DNA of 64,000 nucleotides from an uncultured Candidatus Babeliaceae bacterium (GCA_963704655.1 OY969927.1:1152001-1216000), one strand, 5' to 3'. Counted from the stretch's first letter, positions 1 through 10,267 are shown. Notes: a model not told the origin generated them from the letters alone. Numbers and translations: made by a program.

Positions 1-284
1 GTAAAGCAATAAGTTTACCAAATTCACCGTATTTTAAGCCGCAAAAGTCGTCGACAGAGCCTCGAAACTTTTCGTTAGATGAAGATGTTTTTTCGCAACT
101 AGCCTGGTGTAATGTATGTGAAAAGAATTATCCAACTTTTTTTTTGCTTGAACATATCAAGGCTTGTAGGGCCGCTGCATTAAAAGAAGCTCAGAGGTTG
201 GGCAATATCCATGCTAGAAAAAACCTATTAACACCAAAATCAGAACAAATCTCATTAGTACAAATCACAATGGATCTTGATTAA
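1..284 (+). CDS. 3' end of a hypothetical protein with a C2HC zinc-finger-like motif (partial)
   Basis: Open frame from nt 3 to TAA 282-284, translated by hand; contains CNVC-x11-HIKAC. Confidence 0.6.
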   Translation, partial: KAISLPNSPYFKPQKSSTEPRNFSLDEDVFSQLAWCNVCEKNYPTFFLLEHIKACRAAALKEAQRLGNIHARKNLLTPKSEQISLVQITMDLD

Positions 285-305
285 TTACTTGTAGAATGTC
301 TTTTT

Positions 306-339
306 AAAAACCATGTTTTTTTAAATCATGGTTTTTTTT
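306..339 (+). terminator. Probable intrinsic terminator
   Basis: AAAAACCATG...CATGGTTTTTTTT inverted repeat with T tract after a stop codon. Confidence 0.55.
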
Positions 340-399
340 GGTCTTTTAATTATAGTATTTAAAGGAAAATGGGATTCTTAAAGGAAAATGGGTGTAGGT

Positions 400-840
400 A
401 TGAAGAAGATAGTATGTATTATGGTCTTTATGACATGCGTCTTATACGCAATGGACGATCAAAAAATGGAAAATATACCGCCTAAGATTATTGGCGCCCT
501 TAAAGAATTGCAACATAAAGAATCTTATTTAAACAATCGCATCGTGGCTGAAAAGAAAAAAAATCAAAATTCAGTACCAGATTTTTTTGGTGTTATGGGA
601 AAGTGTTCGCTTCCAGAAAGTTTGGAGTGCTGCAAGGACCCGCTTTTAAGATCGCAATTTCTTAAAGCCATAAAAGATCAGCACGTACGAAACGTTATCA
701 TTGTAAATTGGTTGGGGCATCAATCTCATCAAGGATCTATCAGCTCGCTCAGCGCTGGAATACTTATGTCAGATAATAGGCTGAGCAATTTAGTTTTAGG
801 AGGGATAGATTTTACAGATCATATTCCTCAAATAAAATAA
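400..840 (+). CDS. Secreted hypothetical protein
   Basis: ORF; MKK signal peptide ending LYA|MDD. Confidence 0.75.
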   Translation: MKKIVCIMVFMTCVLYAMDDQKMENIPPKIIGALKELQHKESYLNNRIVAEKKKNQNSVPDFFGVMGKCSLPESLECCKDPLLRSQFLKAIKDQHVRNVIIVNWLGHQSHQGSISSLSAGILMSDNRLSNLVLGGIDFTDHIPQIK

Positions 841-893
841 TAAAATGTAAAAAATATTGATTTTTATAGATAAAATGGCACAATTTACATAAA

Positions 894-1205
894 TTGTTAT
901 TGTTTTTAATTACTCATCTTTTCTCTATGGACTCGATGGACATCGATCAAAAGTACAAAATGCCAGAAAAGCCCATTATAAAGGCTCGTAGCAGCGGACG
1001 TCTATTATTTGAATTAGAATTACGTGAAGGTTTTAAATCGCCAAAAGAGCTTGATGAGTTGGAACATGGTAAAAAAAGAAAGCTTTTAGAGGATCGTATC
1101 AACGAAATTTCTCAGGACCCAAGAAAGCGCAGCAAGATAAAGGATCTGCTAGATCTTTTAGAAAAAGAATCAGCGTTATTACAAGATGATCGATTAGAGA
1201 TCTAA
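894..1205 (+). CDS. Secreted hypothetical protein (start uncertain)
   Basis: ORF; hydrophobic N-terminus ending LFS|MDS; basic KKRK and RKRSK patches. Confidence 0.6.
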   Translation: MLLFLITHLFSMDSMDIDQKYKMPEKPIIKARSSGRLLFELELREGFKSPKELDELEHGKKRKLLEDRINEISQDPRKRSKIKDLLDLLEKESALLQDDRLEI

Positions 1206-1218
1206 ATCATTATTGAGG

Positions 1219-2091
1219 TTATCGCCAATTGATTTCGCACAGGTCGTCATTAAAGACATCTGCGCGGGCGCTTTGGATATACGGCTCGAAAATGGCAATG
1301 CGTTCTTTGCATGCTGGATGCGTAAAGTCAAATGATTGACATGTAAGTTGGTTATTATCTTCTGTATGCTTACTTTTACATGTTTTTTCATCATAATATT
1401 TATTATAAGTTAGAAGAGCTGCCAATTTTTGCTTGCTGGTGAGTGTATTGGAAGTAACCACTGCATTAAAACCCTGATTGTCACAATCTTTTTCGAAGTT
1501 TCTGTGTATATCAATTAATTTGGTATAAATCTCAAAGCGGCTTGATTTATCAGGATTCTCATTATAATTTTTGATTTTTTGATTAACATCATGTATTGGT
1601 TTCATGAAATCTGGGTCTTTAGATAAATAGGTGGGGGTATCTAAAGTAAGATATTGGTATGTATCATGGTCTTCTCTCACCTGAGCTCGTACTTGATTAG
1701 CATTCCCTAAATTTGCTAATCCTTGAGCAATATGTGCGCCTTCATGACCTAATGCTGAGGCGTTTTTATTAAGTTCTTTTCTAACTTCATAACGATTTTT
1801 CTCTTCTGGGGTGGTTGTTCTTCCCATGGCAAATATATATTGGTCTTGCCCTGTCTGAACACTAATAGGCTCAATGAGTGTTAGTATCATAAAATCTTCG
1901 TCTTTTACAAGACGGTCCTTGTATTCTTTGCTCAATAATGCTGTAAAAGTGCTTTCTGCAAGTTCTTCTTTAAATACTTGTACATATTCTTCTTCTGATT
2001 TAAATGGCTTAAGTTCGTGGTACCAATAGTGTCCAGCATTAAGGGTTAATAAACCAGCAAATAAAGTTGTTAAAGTAGGTAAAATAGGCAT
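1219..2091 (-). CDS. M48-like zinc metallopeptidase, membrane-anchored or secreted
   Basis: HEGAH (HExxH), downstream EKDCD, C-terminal THP-x4-RI. Confidence 0.65.
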   Translation of the reverse strand: MPILPTLTTLFAGLLTLNAGHYWYHELKPFKSEEEYVQVFKEELAESTFTALLSKEYKDRLVKDEDFMILTLIEPISVQTGQDQYIFAMGRTTTPEEKNRYEVRKELNKNASALGHEGAHIAQGLANLGNANQVRAQVREDHDTYQYLTLDTPTYLSKDPDFMKPIHDVNQKIKNYNENPDKSSRFEIYTKLIDIHRNFEKDCDNQGFNAVVTSNTLTSKQKLAALLTYNKYYDEKTCKSKHTEDNNQLTCQSFDFTHPACKERIAIFEPYIQSARADVFNDDLCEINWR

Positions 2092-2256
2092 AATTTTCTC
2101 CAGTTTTTAGCGATATTTATCTATTATTACTACTAATAATAGCATTTTTAATAAAAATGTCAATTAGAATTATTTTTATCAAAGAATGTAGAGATAAAAA
2201 TGCGACCATAGACAATATATATACGTAATATGTAAGATGAAATTTGAGGTGGAATT

Positions 2257-2407
2257 ATGAAAAAAAATCAATGTTACGTTTCCCTTATCTGAAGAAACGA
2301 ATAAAAACCTTCATTTTAAAAAGGCTTATATTGAGGCTGAAAACGATCCTGATAGAATGCAAATTTTAGCAGACTGGAAAGATCTAGATATTGAGGGCTG
2401 GGAATGA
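2257..2407 (+). pseudogene. Antitoxin-like remnant (frameshifted; no toxin follows)
   Basis: RBS GAGGTGG then ATG. Removing one A from the A8 run gives MKKINVTFPLSEE...AYIEAENDPDR..LADWKDLDIEGWE, whose acidic DW tail resembles MazF-associated antitoxins. Confidence 0.45.
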
Positions 2408-2616
2408 AAATATCAAATTAAGGCCCAGGAGTAATTAATTTGCATTCTGAAATTATTATGGTAAACTATACAGTGGTAAGCTGTAATAATGCAGTTTATG
2501 TTATTTATTTTTTTTAAGGTCTCTCATGACATATTCTACTCATACCATGTCGCACGACATGTGTCAGAATCGGTTTCGTTTGGCTGCTACAGGCAACGAA
2601 AGCCATCACAATATCT

Positions 2617-2673
2617 ATGTTTATTTTATTCTCTCTCTTTCTCATTCATCTATTACTACTGTTTCTTTTTTAA
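2617..2673 (+). promoter_or_regulatory. Candidate Leu-rich leader peptide upstream of leuS (MFILFSLFLIHLLLLFLF)
   Basis: 18 codons, 8 Leu including CTA TTA CTA CTG in tandem; flanked by hairpins; 190 nt upstream of leuS. Confidence 0.3.
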
Positions 2674-2863
2674 GAAACTTTCTTCTTTTAGGCGCGTAGC
2701 GCTTATTCACTCATTTTTTTAATTTTTTTATGTATATTTTAGGAGCTTTTGCATGCCTTTTAGGTATTGTTGCTTGCGGTATGCAGGGGGTCTATATATG
2801 GTATAATTGACAAAAATACAGTATATTAACGGTATATTTCCTTAAAAATAAAGAAGATTATTT

Positions 2864-5395
2864 ATGAATTATGATACGCGTGCCATAGAAAAAAAGTGGC
2901 AAACTAAGTGGCAAGAAAACCCGCCAGCAGCAGCAAAACCTACCGGTTCGGGCAAAAAATATTACTGTCTTGATATGTTCCCCTATCCTTCAGGTGCGGG
3001 GCTGCATGTGGGCCATTGGCGCGGGTATGTGCTTTCTGATGTCTATACTCGTATCAAATGGTTACAGGGCTATAATATTTTACACCCAATGGGGTGGGAT
3101 GCTTTTGGTCTGCCAGCAGAAAACGACGCCATTAAAAATGGTATCCATCCAGCAATAAATACTGCTTCAAATGTTGCAACCTTTAAACGTCAATTACAAG
3201 ATGTTGCCGCGTTATATGATTGGACAAAAGAGCTTAATACTACTGATCCAAACTATTACCATTGGACGCAATGGATATTCTTGCAAATGTATAAAGCAGG
3301 GCTTGCCTATGAAGCTAATATGCCTATTAACTGGTGCCCAAAAGATTTAACCGGCTTAGCAAACGAAGAAGTTGTAAACGGCTGCTGTGAACGTTGCGGC
3401 ACACGCGTTGAAGTCAAACAAATTCGCCAATGGGTATTGCGTATCACCAACTATGCAGAAAAATTACTTGATGGTCTTGATAAGCTTGAATGGCCAGACA
3501 AAGTTAAAGCAATGCAGCGCAACTGGATCGGTAAATCGCAGGGCTTATTATTTACGGCAAAGGTTAAAGATACCAACCTTGAGATTCAGACTTATTCAAC
3601 GCATTTTGAAGCATTTTATGCAGATACGTTTGTGGTTATTGCCGCAGATCACCCATTACTGTCTACACTTATTGATGGCGTAAAAAATAAACAAGAGATT
3701 TTAGATTTTTGTGAGCGCATGGTTATTGAACGTAACCGTAACAAAGAAGAGTTTGTAAAAGAACCGCTTGGGATCTTTACTGGCCGATATCTTCAAGACC
3801 CGGTAACGGGTAAAGATTTGCCTATTTGGGTTGCGCAGTTTGTGCTTGCAGATTATGGCACTGGTATGGTTAAATGCTCTGCCCATGATGAACGTGATTT
3901 TGCCTTTGCAAAAAAATATTCTATCCCCTTAAAAGTTGCTATGGTTCCGCAAGATCCAGAATTGCGAAAACAAGTAGAAAACTTTGAGGTTTGCTTTACT
4001 GATACACAGAATGGCATTCTTCTAGAGCCTGCGCCATTTGCTGGCCGCAAAGCGGGCGATGTGCGTCAAGAGATTATGGACTATGCCGTGCAAAAAGGTT
4101 TTGCCGTTACCAAAACACAGTATAAATTGCGTGATTGGCTCTTTTCTCGTCAACGGTATTGGGGCGAACCGATTCCGCTTATCCATTGCGAAACATGTGG
4201 CATTGTACCTGTTCCAGAAGATCAGTTGCCTGTCAGACTTCCTGATGTTAAAAATTATCAACCAACTGGCACGGGTGAATCGCCATTAGCCGCTATTTCT
4301 GAGTGGGTAAATGTTGCATGTCCACAGTGTGGCGCACCTGCAAAACGTGAAACAAACACGATGCCGCAGTGGGCAGGTTCATGCTGGTATTTCTTACGTT
4401 ATCCAGATCCAAACTATGACAAAGGGCCATTCAGAAAAGAAGATATTAATTACTGGTTGCCGGTAGATTTGTATGTTGGTGGCATTGAACATGCCATTTT
4501 ACATTTGCTGTATTCACGTTTTTATGTAAAAGTTCTTTACGATTTGGGCTATTTGCCATTTGATGAACCATTTACCCATTTATTTAACCAGGGCATGGTA
4601 AACAAATATTCAGAAAAATCTGGTCTTGTTGAAAAGATGTCTAAATCTAAAGGTAACGTGGTTAACCCAGATGATATGGTGCAACAGTTTGGCAGTGATG
4701 TCTTGCGCATGTATATTCTCTTTATGGGACCACCTGAACTTGATTGTGAATGGCAAGATAATGGTTTACAGGGCATTAAGCGTTTTGCAAACCGCTTGTG
4801 GAACTATATGACACAATGTGATGTTATTATAAAAGATGCCCCGGTTCGTCCCGAGTGTTCTCAGCAAGAAAAAGTATCGATGGATAGGCAGCCCGCTTAT
4901 CCTGAGCCTATGCAAGGGTTAGCGGATAGTCGTGAGACTCTCGAGCGTCTTAATAGATTTATTAAAGACTTTCAGGAACGCTTAGATGTGTATAAACCAA
5001 ACACCGCTCTTGCTGCTTTTATGGAATTTATTAACGACGCGCAAGACAACAATATGAAATTTAGTACCGCTTCTGCTGAAAAAATAATAACGCTCTTTTC
5101 ATGCATGGCGCCGCACATGGCAAGTGAACTTCTTGAAGTCCTTTTGCATAAAAAACTTGAAGATTGTTCATGGCCAACATTTGACCCAGAATATATTGTT
5201 ACGTTAAATGATACTATCGCTGTTCAAGTGAACGGTAAATTGCGTGGCACTATTGTTGTTTCTACGCATGCGCCACAAGAAGAAATTGAAACGCTTGCAC
5301 GCGAGGCAGTTGCAAAATGGCTTGCTGATTTAACGATAGTAAAAACAATTTATGTGCCGCATAAAACAGTGAATTTTGTTGTTAAACCATCTTAA
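2864..5395 (+). CDS. leuS: Leucine--tRNA ligase
   Basis: [14 protein letters not shown] (HIGH-like), KMSKS, editing-domain GTG motif, RQRYWG. Confidence 0.98.
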   Translation: MNYDTRAIEKKWQTKWQENPPAAAKPTGSGKKYYCLDMFPYPSGAGLHVGHWRGYVLSDVYTRIKWLQGYNILHPMGWDAFGLPAENDAIKNGIHPAINTASNVATFKRQLQDVAALYDWTKELNTTDPNYYHWTQWIFLQMYKAGLAYEANMPINWCPKDLTGLANEEVVNGCCERCGTRVEVKQIRQWVLRITNYAEKLLDGLDKLEWPDKVKAMQRNWIGKSQGLLFTAKVKDTNLEIQTYSTHFEAFYADTFVVIAADHPLLSTLIDGVKNKQEILDFCERMVIERNRNKEEFVKEPLGIFTGRYLQDPVTGKDLPIWVAQFVLADYGTGMVKCSAHDERDFAFAKKYSIPLKVAMVPQDPELRKQVENFEVCFTDTQNGILLEPAPFAGRKAGDVRQEIMDYAVQKGFAVTKTQYKLRDWLFSRQRYWGEPIPLIHCETCGIVPVPEDQLPVRLPDVKNYQPTGTGESPLAAISEWVNVACPQCGAPAKRETNTMPQWAGSCWYFLRYPDPNYDKGPFRKEDINYWLPVDLYVGGIEHAILHLLYSRFYVKVLYDLGYLPFDEPFTHLFNQGMVNKYSEKSGLVEKMSKSKGNVVNPDDMVQQFGSDVLRMYILFMGPPELDCEWQDNGLQGIKRFANRLWNYMTQCDVIIKDAPVRPECSQQEKVSMDRQPAYPEPMQGLADSRETLERLNRFIKDFQERLDVYKPNTALAAFMEFINDAQDNNMKFSTASAEKIITLFSCMAPHMASELLEVLLHKKLEDCSWPTFDPEYIVTLNDTIAVQVNGKLRGTIVVSTHAPQEEIETLAREAVAKWLADLTIVKTIYVPHKTVNFVVKPS
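4841..4925 (+). repeat. Two degenerate palindromic repeat units, in frame inside leuS
   Basis: CCGGTTCGTCCCGAGTG..GTATCGATGG and CCCGCTTATCCTGAG..AAGGGTTAGCGG match the family seen at 41917, 63047 and 12776. Confidence 0.7.
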
Positions 5396-5409
5396 GCATA
5401 GGAGATACT

Positions 5410-5814
5410 ATGAAAAAATTGGCATTGTTATTTTTAGGTATATATGCAACATGCATCTACGCCGGAGAAGTTCCCAAATATGATTGCACATTAACTCCAG
5501 AAAAAAAGTTTGAGGTAGGTAGTTGGTTAATGCTTGGGGCATCATATTTCGATCAAGAGACGGTTCATCAACTTGCATTATTAAGAGAGCGATATTTAAA
5601 TGAATCTGCTGATGCTGGAAATCCCCATGCTATTCTATGGCGTGTCACAGATGTCGCTACAAAAGTAACTGCATGTGGTGAAAAAATTGATACTCAAACG
5701 CTAGAATCTCTTGAGAGTCAAGTAAGTGCTCATGTAAAGGATAAATCCGATTTAGAACTCGCGAATTTATATTTGAATCAAATTCGTGCTGGCAAGCAGT
5801 TATCCGGACAATAA
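5410..5814 (+). CDS. Secreted hypothetical protein, probable paralog of 6021..6863
   Basis: Signal peptide; LESLE..DL..LYLNQIR resembles LSSFE..DLLVLYNQLR. Confidence 0.75.
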   Translation: MKKLALLFLGIYATCIYAGEVPKYDCTLTPEKKFEVGSWLMLGASYFDQETVHQLALLRERYLNESADAGNPHAILWRVTDVATKVTACGEKIDTQTLESLESQVSAHVKDKSDLELANLYLNQIRAGKQLSGQ

Positions 5815-5891
5815 TAGTTATTACATACATAGTACGGTTTTCTGTCTCAAATGCTATTTATAAATAATTTGTTGTCTATTATTCTTTTAAA

Positions 5892-5919
5892 GAAGGGGCT
5901 CAAAAAAGAGCCCTTTTTT
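5892..5919 (+). terminator. Intrinsic terminator
   Basis: GGGCTC-AAAAAA-GAGCCC followed by T tract. Confidence 0.7.
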
Positions 5920-6020
5920 GTAACATTCTTGTTTTTAGTGAGTTTAATTTGCTATAAGGTTAAGTACGTGCGGTAGTTTGTATAAACTACAGGTTAATCT
6001 TTATACTAGGGGAGTGTAGT

Positions 6021-6863
6021 ATGAAAAGATTATATTTTTTATTCTTATCGATTTTTGGAACCATCATATACTCATCAGAACACTCTCAAGAACCCAGCAG
6101 CTCAGAACGGCGCGGATCGATTGTTGCCATGCTAGAACGTCGTAGTTCAAGTATAAAAAAATTTCTTTTGGGGAAAGATGGGCAAGAACAGATTAAACAA
6201 GAAAATACAAAACCATTATCCAGGCGCAGGACACGTTCTGCAGGTGATGCGGTAGTCCGTTATCATAATAAAAGTTCATTAATGACTCAATCAAGTTTGC
6301 CAGACCTAAATGACTCAATCAAGGAGCTCAAAGATAATGAAGATAGCTTATTTAAAGAAGCTATAAAATATTTAGATGCCTCTAAGAATGAGCGTGATCC
6401 TCATGTAAGACAAAAGCTCAGAATCCATGCAGAGGTAGATCTTGAAATACTTCGCCGTGAAAAAAAACATCCAAAGGCGATTCAATTACTTTTAGAAGAG
6501 TTTTATACGCAAGACTTTGATATCCGTTCATCTGAGCAATTGAGTTCATTTGAAAAGTCGTTACTTGAAGATTGTGGAGGACAAACCGATCTTCTTGTTT
6601 TATATAATCAATTACGTGTTCGCAAATTAACAACAGCAACTGATGAATTTGTATTTGATCGTTTTAAAAATGCTTTTTTAGCGCTTATTCACTTGCGTGA
6701 GTCAGATGAATTTAATGAAGAAAAAGTACAAAAATTTGCTCAACATGTGCAAGAGCTTGCAACAAGAAAAAAATTTCTTAAGAATGCTGCGCAGCCGCAA
6801 GTTGATAAAGAAAGTCTTGAAGTTGATAAAGAATCTCATGAAGACCAACGACTTGCAGGTTAA
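6021..6863 (+). CDS. Secreted hypothetical protein with Arg/Ser-rich N-terminal region
   Basis: ORF with RBS GGGGAG; signal peptide; RRGS, RRSSS, RRRTRS motifs. Confidence 0.8.
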   Translation: MKRLYFLFLSIFGTIIYSSEHSQEPSSSERRGSIVAMLERRSSSIKKFLLGKDGQEQIKQENTKPLSRRRTRSAGDAVVRYHNKSSLMTQSSLPDLNDSIKELKDNEDSLFKEAIKYLDASKNERDPHVRQKLRIHAEVDLEILRREKKHPKAIQLLLEEFYTQDFDIRSSEQLSSFEKSLLEDCGGQTDLLVLYNQLRVRKLTTATDEFVFDRFKNAFLALIHLRESDEFNEEKVQKFAQHVQELATRKKFLKNAAQPQVDKESLEVDKESHEDQRLAG

Positions 6864-6896
6864 AAGTTATTATGGAAAGAATAAAAAAGGGAAGTT

Positions 6897-7559
6897 ATGA
6901 AGATTTTTTTGGATACCGCTGATTATAAAAAGATTGCCGAATGCGCGCAAACAGGTTTAGTTGATGGCGTTACGATAAACCCAAGTTTGCTTAAAGTTCA
7001 AAATGAGCCACCACTTAAAATTGTGCGTGAAATTTTGCGTGTGCTACCTGAGGCTGAAATAAATTTGCAGGTAACAGAACAAGAGCCTCATAAAGTGTAT
7101 GAACAGGCAAAACATATTGCACATTTGGCAGAAAATATGCTTGTGAAAGTACCGTGCCATAAAATGTACCTTCCCGTTATTGCGCAACTTATCCAAGAAG
7201 ATATCCCAGTGAATGTCACCCTTGTTTTCAGTTTAAGTCAGGCGCTTGAAATGGCAAAACTTGGCGTAAATTATATCTCTGTTTTTATTGGCAGATTATA
7301 TGACAATGGCGTTGATGGCCTTGAAGTTGCAGCAGCGGTACAAGAGATGCTTGATACTTATGGCTTTGAATCTGAGCTTTTAGTTGCCTCTGTGCGCACC
7401 AAAGAACAGGTCGAAGGCGCTATTATGCTTGGCGCAGACGCTATAACTATGCCTGTAGATGTCTTTAATCAGCTTGCAGAACACCCACTTTCTGACGCTG
7501 GCCTTAAAAAATTTGCCGACGATTGGCAAAATGGGCCACACAAGCTACTATTGGAGTAG
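6897..7559 (+). CDS. tal: Transaldolase / fructose-6-phosphate aldolase family
   Basis: MKIFLDTAD, GVTINPSL, VKVP, NVTLVFS, LVASVR. Confidence 0.9.
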   Translation: MKIFLDTADYKKIAECAQTGLVDGVTINPSLLKVQNEPPLKIVREILRVLPEAEINLQVTEQEPHKVYEQAKHIAHLAENMLVKVPCHKMYLPVIAQLIQEDIPVNVTLVFSLSQALEMAKLGVNYISVFIGRLYDNGVDGLEVAAAVQEMLDTYGFESELLVASVRTKEQVEGAIMLGADAITMPVDVFNQLAEHPLSDAGLKKFADDWQNGPHKLLLE

Positions 7560-7634
7560 TCTTTTGACAAAAATTCTCTATTTGGTAATATTATTAGTAG
7601 GTAAGTAATGAAATTAACCTAAATGGAGGTATTT

Positions 7635-8216
7635 ATGTCATTTATTAAACAATTTTTAATGGTAAGCGCTCTGGTAGCGGCTATTTCTATGCCGAACCGT
7701 GCATATGCCCGCCAGATGGACATATCTGTTGGCGATTCTATAATTTATGCTGGTGTTACAGCTGTTTGCGCCTATATAATTTATTCTTGGGCTACGCAGG
7801 AAACAGGATCTGCTCTAACTACTCCTGCTTTAACTACTGATGATGATATGTATGGGGCCGTTCTTGAGACGTTTAAACAGGGCTCTGAAGACCCTTACGA
7901 AGATCATCTTGATCAAGTTTTACGTGAGGACGGGTATCGAATTTACGTTAAGGAAGATCAAGATAAAATGGTTGAATTTTTTGAAGCCATGAGAAACTTT
8001 ATTGATCCGATAAAAGATCTTCCATCTAAAGAACAATTTCATGATCAAATTGATGCTTTAGCGATAGAGCTTGAAGCAGAGTTGTTAATAAGCCGGGATA
8101 ATATCAATATTGATGCAAGAAATTCATTTGGTGCACGTGCTGCGCGAGCATCTTATTATGCGGACCATTTTAATGAAATTATTCGGCAAGCGGCATTACA
8201 GCCAATTGTTAATTAA
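7635..8216 (+). CDS. Hypothetical membrane/secreted protein, paralog of 8341..8943
   Basis: Signal peptide plus TM segment; LREDGYRIYVKED vs LRRNNYQVFLKED. Confidence 0.75.
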   Translation: MSFIKQFLMVSALVAAISMPNRAYARQMDISVGDSIIYAGVTAVCAYIIYSWATQETGSALTTPALTTDDDMYGAVLETFKQGSEDPYEDHLDQVLREDGYRIYVKEDQDKMVEFFEAMRNFIDPIKDLPSKEQFHDQIDALAIELEAELLISRDNINIDARNSFGARAARASYYADHFNEIIRQAALQPIVN

Positions 8217-8221
8217 AGATT

Positions 8222-8249
8222 AAGGCGGTGGTTTCACCGCCTTTTTTTT
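8222..8249 (+). terminator. Intrinsic terminator
   Basis: AAGGCGGTG-GTTT-CACCGCCTT followed by T tract. Confidence 0.85.
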
Positions 8250-8340
8250 GTAGTAATTTGCTTGAATGTTTTACTATAGTTTATTTATCTTTATACTATC
8301 TGATAAATAAATTTATATTCAACAAAAAAGGCTACATTTT

Positions 8341-8943
8341 ATGAATAAAAAATATTTTTTATGTGCACTAACTTTATCTGCAACATTAACTCCCATTTTT
8401 GCTCCTTCATCTAATGGTTCTTCTGATGGAAGGGCTCCTACTTTTACAGAAACTGTAAGTGCGTTTGCGGTATTCGGGGCGCTTTATTATGCGCTGTTTG
8501 GTGGTGAAGCGCCAAGAAAAGAGCAGCCAATGCCTCAAGCGCCTAAACCCATTATTACTGATCGTCGTCAGGAAAAATTAACACAAAGAATTTTAGATGT
8601 TTTTTCTAAAGGCGAAAAAAATGCGCTTGAAGGGTATATTTCAGAAAACTTACGCCGCAACAATTATCAAGTTTTCTTAAAAGAAGACAAAAAGGATATT
8701 GAAACATTATTTCGCGATGTGGAAGGTTTTGTAAGAGAGAAAATTCCTTGCTCAAATCAACGTGAGTATGTGGCAAAAAGAGTAAGAGTTTTAAGAGATG
8801 ATTTTAGAAAAGATTATGAGCTAAGCGCTTATAAAGATATCGACAGAGAACTTATCAGATGGGGCGCAGGCGTCATTAGACCAGATTCTTATGTGAGTAT
8901 ATTGTTAGATATCTTAAAGCAAGCTGAAACTATTGTCTGCTAA
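8341..8943 (+). CDS. Hypothetical membrane/secreted protein, paralog of 7635..8216
   Basis: Same architecture; shared C-terminal GA..R..Y...II.QA pattern. Confidence 0.75.
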   Translation: MNKKYFLCALTLSATLTPIFAPSSNGSSDGRAPTFTETVSAFAVFGALYYALFGGEAPRKEQPMPQAPKPIITDRRQEKLTQRILDVFSKGEKNALEGYISENLRRNNYQVFLKEDKKDIETLFRDVEGFVREKIPCSNQREYVAKRVRVLRDDFRKDYELSAYKDIDRELIRWGAGVIRPDSYVSILLDILKQAETIVC

Positions 8944-8959
8944 AAAAATAGTCGTTGTT

Positions 8960-9760
8960 ATGTATAAAAAAATCTTCTTGAAAATCATATTTTTTATAAT
9001 TATCTTAAGTGGCTTGCAGCCCAAGCCACTTAAAGCAGATGATGGTGCTGTTGTGGTAGTTGCTGGCATTGCCGCTTTTGTAGGTGCAACATGCATAGGC
9101 TATAAGGCATGGCAGCTGTATACATCGTACACACAAGAGCGTACTTTTTTAAAAGCAAAAGAGCTTTTAAAAAAATCTGTTTTTTGGGGAAATTCAGAAA
9201 CTGTTTATTCTGCTAATGGCAAAGAGATTATCAATCATATAAATGAATTAGCACTGCAGGGATATAAACCCGCTTTATATTTCCAAGCAGAGCACCCATG
9301 GCTTTTTGTAGATAGCATTATTTCTGAATTTGCGCCTAATATTTCACAACCTATTTTTTACGCGCGCTATGCACGTTTTAGCATCGAAAAATATAAACAG
9401 CTTGCTGCTCTTGGCGATATTCATTGCTATTTTAATGCGGGTAATTTAGGTATTGCCTGGCTCTATATTAAATATCATCATGGCGTTGATTATGCCCAAA
9501 TTTCAGGCGAAATCGATGAATATTTAGGCTATCTTGATACTGCAGCATGCTTAGGCCATCAAGGTGCCGTAAATGAAATTGTTCGAATTTACCAAGAAGG
9601 GCTTTTGGTAAAATATAATCAGCGTTTGATAGCTGAAATTCCTGGATATTATGAAGCAATTCAAAAGATGAGTGATTCTATCTATCCAATTTCTAACTTG
9701 AGAATATGGCTCTTTAAAAACTATTATAGTTTTTTGCAACTTTCACCGGTGGCGTCTTAA
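8960..9760 (+). CDS. Hypothetical protein with Sel1-like helical repeats
   Basis: Signal peptide plus TM; ALQGYKPA, AALGDIH and AACLGHQGA resemble Sel1 repeat ends. Confidence 0.6.
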   Translation: MYKKIFLKIIFFIIILSGLQPKPLKADDGAVVVVAGIAAFVGATCIGYKAWQLYTSYTQERTFLKAKELLKKSVFWGNSETVYSANGKEIINHINELALQGYKPALYFQAEHPWLFVDSIISEFAPNISQPIFYARYARFSIEKYKQLAALGDIHCYFNAGNLGIAWLYIKYHHGVDYAQISGEIDEYLGYLDTAACLGHQGAVNEIVRIYQEGLLVKYNQRLIAEIPGYYEAIQKMSDSIYPISNLRIWLFKNYYSFLQLSPVAS

Positions 9761-9833
9761 TTCTTTTAAGCTTGATTGATTAAGTAATATCGCTTACAAT
9801 TGCATATAAAATTATTAACATTAAAGGCTTTTT

Positions 9834-10163
9834 ATGAAAAAAATAGTATTAATTATTTCTGCTTTATCGTTTTTTTCACAGCAGCTATGTGCAATTGGTG
9901 AAGATTTACATCAAGTCTTATATGCGTTTTTTCAGGACAATAAGCTGGACGAGTCTTCGTTTATAGATCCTGTGAAGTTCGAACTAGATGTTGAATCAGA
10001 TAATGATTTAGAGAGCCATATGACTCAAAATGAACGGATGCACGATGTTCTTGATGCGTTGCTTAATGGTTCTCAATCAGATGAACTAGAGGATGAAGAT
10101 GATATAGGCGGGATGCAAATGGTAGCTCCTTGGCCATTGCTATATCTTTTGGGTTATTATTGA
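9834..10163 (+). CDS. Secreted acidic hypothetical protein
   Basis: MKK signal peptide; upstream region duplicated before 10268. Confidence 0.7.
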   Translation: MKKIVLIISALSFFSQQLCAIGEDLHQVLYAFFQDNKLDESSFIDPVKFELDVESDNDLESHMTQNERMHDVLDALLNGSQSDELEDEDDIGGMQMVAPWPLLYLLGYY

Positions 10164-10267
10164 GAATTTTCGTTATTGGATCACAGGGCGAATTTAAAGA
10201 TAAAAGCTTGATTAATTCGATGATATCGCCTATAATCACATAAAAACTATTACAAAAAAGGCATTTT

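Noticed and set aside
359-392. Tandem TTAAAGGAAAATGGG duplication
   Set aside because: Two copies of an RBS-like 15-mer; too small to interpret.
2489-2722. 77-aa ORF, or a T-box riboswitch, upstream of leuS
   Set aside because: The ORF is low-complexity with no RBS, and no T-box consensus (TGG.ACC.CG) or terminator was found.
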